Source: Spirochaetia bacterium | Lineage (GTDB): Bacteria; Spirochaetota; Spirochaetia; UBA9216 | DNA length: 64,000 nucleotides | Direction of reading: 5' to 3' | NCBI GenBank assembly: GCA_963677925.2 | Contig: CAXXYH010000004.1 | Coordinates: 1,056,001 to 1,120,000 of the forward strand | Shown: in pieces, positions 60,718 through 64,000 of the stretch | Numbering within the stretch: the stretch's first letter is position 1 | Layout: each line of letters begins with the position of its first letter | The notes under the pieces: model-generated | What the model was told of the DNA's origin: nothing | The model's database searches: none | What the model saw: the letters and a program-made list of their open reading frames with translations, nothing else | Made by a program: the position numbers and the translations under genes

Positions 60718-61567
60718 GCTTATTCCCGATATAATTAACCCTTTCTCTGTTAAGGGTAAACGTTCCCCGGTCTGGTACATCGATGAAACTGAATCAACCA
60801 TGAGCGATGCCCGTGTCCTTGCGCGTGATGAAGCGCCTTCCGGTTCGGTAATTGCGGCAGGATACCAGAACAGCGGCCGCGGCAGAATAGAGGGCAGACG
60901 CTGGGAATCGGAGCACGGCGGCAGTCTTCTTTTTACAGTGATATTTCATCAGGATCATATTAAATCTGCCATGGGGGATAAGCCGTTTACTCTTTTGCCC
61001 CTTCTGTGCGGTATTGCCGCGGCTGAAGCAATCGAAGAGTCTGCTGAAACTCCGAAGGGAACTGTTTCAATCAAGTGGCCTAATGATGTTCTTGCGGACG
61101 GCCGTAAAATATGCGGAATACTATGCGAGGCTTCGGGCCGGTTCATTTACGCCGGTGTCGGTATCAACCTCAGGCTTGAAAAACATGATGATGGATTCAG
61201 AAGGCCTGCAACCAGCATGGAGCTTCTTGCCTCTTCCGGAAATTCCATGACTTCGGGCGCTGCATTGGTCTCTGAATCAGCAGACGGCCCCGGATACGGA
61301 ACTTACGGTAACCGGCTGCTTCAGCTGTTTCTTGAAAAACTTAAGAGTGCTGTTTCCGACGAGCGGTGGCAGCCCAGGCTGGAGAAGCGTCTTTACCGCA
61401 TCGGGGAAAAAGTTGAGTTCAGAACAGGAATGCCTGATGATTTCTCCGCGGGAGCACCGGGTTCTGTAGTAAGCGGAGTCCTTACAGGGGTAAGTTTAAA
61501 CGGTGCTTTACTGATTGATGTGAACGGCAAGTTCTGTGAATACTCCAGCGGTGAGCTGATTATTTAA
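60710..61567 (+). CDS. birA: Biotin-[acetyl-CoA-carboxylase] ligase (no HTH)
   Basis: TESTM, QNSGRGR..RRW, IKWPND, KICGIL.E, GVGIN. Start at ATG 60710 overlapping the mnmA end. Confidence 0.88.
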   Translation: MYELIPDIINPFSVKGKRSPVWYIDETESTMSDARVLARDEAPSGSVIAAGYQNSGRGRIEGRRWESEHGGSLLFTVIFHQDHIKSAMGDKPFTLLPLLCGIAAAEAIEESAETPKGTVSIKWPNDVLADGRKICGILCEASGRFIYAGVGINLRLEKHDDGFRRPATSMELLASSGNSMTSGAALVSESADGPGYGTYGNRLLQLFLEKLKSAVSDERWQPRLEKRLYRIGEKVEFRTGMPDDFSAGAPGSVVSGVLTGVSLNGALLIDVNGKFCEYSSGELII

Positions 61568-63031
61568 TCAGATTTCAAAGGCTTTGAAGCTGAACTGTAT
61601 GTGATCGCGGCGTCCGCTGTAGAACCAGGCAGGAACCGGATAGTAGTTACCGCCCGGGTTAATGAAAAAGAACCGCCTGCCCCTGTGGTCGGCAATTTTC
61701 ACCGGCAGTCCGGGGTTTGTTCCGCTTTTATCATCTGAATAACTGATTTCAACAAGGCGCTTTCCCGATTTGAGTGTGAACCTGTTTCCGGGAATAAGCC
61801 ATTTACCGAACTCTCTGCCCGGTTCTGCAGAACCTGAACTTCCATCGGAAGATGAATATTCGATTTTAATTTCTCCGCGTCTCAGATCGAAGAGAGGTAT
61901 TTCGCAAAGCGAGGCCTCATAAATTATAGAATCATCCGGAAGCTGCGGGTAATCAGCAAATAGTGATATAAGAGGATCTTCAAAATTATCTGAAAAATAA
62001 AAATCCGTGATGATGCGTTTTTCCTGGCCGAGTTTTTCGGGATACTGCAGGGTCCGCATTCCGTACTCATCTTCGTCTTCGAATGAAAAAGCGCTTTCAT
62101 TTGTATACTTGAAAACCCCTTCCGAGGATTTTATTGAGGCGCCGCCTCCGGTCCAGTTGAGAATACTGAGCTTTGAACAGGAAACTCCAGTCGGTCTGCC
62201 TCTGTAAAAGTGAAGATTCATCTTCTCTCCGGCAAGCTGGGTCTGTCCGCTCATGTTGGCAACGAGTGTTCTTGCTCCGGCTGCAGATGCGGCAGATGAA
62301 ACGCTGTTCTCGGGAATCATTCTGCTCCGAAAAAGCGGAGTTGAAGCCGGTCCGGAACAGGGGAGCATCCTGGTTTCTGAAAATGTTTCAGTGCTGATCT
62401 GCTCAAGAGCCTCAGGCGTAATAAAGTTAATCCTGTTTTTTCTGAGGAATTTAAATTTAAGAAGATTAAGGAATTCCGAAAATTTTTCATCATTTCCGGG
62501 GTAATAATCAAAAATCAGAGCTGCAGTTCTTCCTGTATTCTTCAGTTCTGAAAGAACAGCTGTGAGTTTTCCTGATTCGGCTGCTGCATTTACAATTAAG
62601 GCAGGAATGCTGACTTCCTTGTCGGCATCTGTCAGTGTCAGAACCGGTTTGTTTCCGATTTTCCTTATACAGAGCAGTCTCAGTTTTTTTTCTGATAGCT
62701 TATTTAAAAGTGCGGTATTGCTGCAGTCTGCTGCTGCCGGCATGATGTAGGAGGCCGGTACATCAATCTCACTGTCAATATCCCCTGCAGGCAGGTTTAG
62801 AAGAGGCAGTCCCTTCTTTCCCGACGGCAATATATGGAAGCCTGCCTTTTCTGAAACGGCAAGCGTTTCCGGATCAGCTGGTATATTGAGTGCCACCGAC
62901 TCCGGAATCAGCCCTGAAGTATCTTCAGTAAGCAGATCCGACAGTTTCTCAGTCATTTCCGGCAGCTTTTCTTTGAATTCTGAGAAGAATCTTACAATTA
63001 AAAGTATATTTTCCGGATTTTTAACAGCCAT
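61568..63031 (-). CDS. Hypothetical protein
   Basis: 487-aa ORF with no recognised motif. Confidence 0.7.
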   Translation of the reverse strand: MAVKNPENILLIVRFFSEFKEKLPEMTEKLSDLLTEDTSGLIPESVALNIPADPETLAVSEKAGFHILPSGKKGLPLLNLPAGDIDSEIDVPASYIMPAAADCSNTALLNKLSEKKLRLLCIRKIGNKPVLTLTDADKEVSIPALIVNAAAESGKLTAVLSELKNTGRTAALIFDYYPGNDEKFSEFLNLLKFKFLRKNRINFITPEALEQISTETFSETRMLPCSGPASTPLFRSRMIPENSVSSAASAAGARTLVANMSGQTQLAGEKMNLHFYRGRPTGVSCSKLSILNWTGGGASIKSSEGVFKYTNESAFSFEDEDEYGMRTLQYPEKLGQEKRIITDFYFSDNFEDPLISLFADYPQLPDDSIIYEASLCEIPLFDLRRGEIKIEYSSSDGSSGSAEPGREFGKWLIPGNRFTLKSGKRLVEISYSDDKSGTNPGLPVKIADHRGRRFFFINPGGNYYPVPAWFYSGRRDHIQFSFKAFEI

Positions 63032-63283
63032 CGCTTTATTTTTTGCACCGAAAAGGATATAAAGTCAAGCATATATTTACTAAATACAATTGCATCAAAA
63101 ATTTTTTAATTTTTCTGTTGATGATCAGTATTAATATTTGTATCTTAATACCAGAAAATTCATACAGAAAATAAACCTCCACAATGTCAGGGGGTATTTG
63201 CGGAGTTTTATCAGACAGAAGGCAGATATCTGCTTCTTTGTCATCCGCAGCTGGTAAAACCAAAAATAAGAGAGGTAATATAA

Positions 63284-64000
<717 letters not shown>

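Overview
Mostly core chromosomal DNA from a free-living spirochaete. The taxon is inferred from the AGGQQD-type solute-binding protein N-terminus, a DUF5312-like gene and groEL without an adjacent groES. The left part holds a partial ROK regulator, an inositol uptake/catabolism operon (ABC transporter, a UroD/MtaA-family protein, iolG, two TIM-barrel isomerases, iolE), and a kinase-DGC-glycosyltransferase-DGC signalling operon. Housekeeping genes follow (lemA/DUF2207, eda, rpiB, hom, pgi, MATE, argR-C-B-D-G-A with ARG boxes), then an AT-rich lipoprotein islet, a frameshifted mnmA, birA and the 5' part of groEL. The best candidate for an undescribed system is at 36.0-41.0 kb. A molybdenum/tungsten-cofactor (Moco/Wco) riboswitch lacking stem P3 controls three genes: a sugar-type solute-binding protein with an extra N-terminal domain, a lipoprotein made of three cysteine-less molybdopterin-binding-like repeats, and a fused double permease. 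This suggests a pterin-cofactor or metal scavenging importer. I recognised no tRNA, rRNA, CRISPR array or mobile element. All family assignments are by motif recognition; no database search was run.
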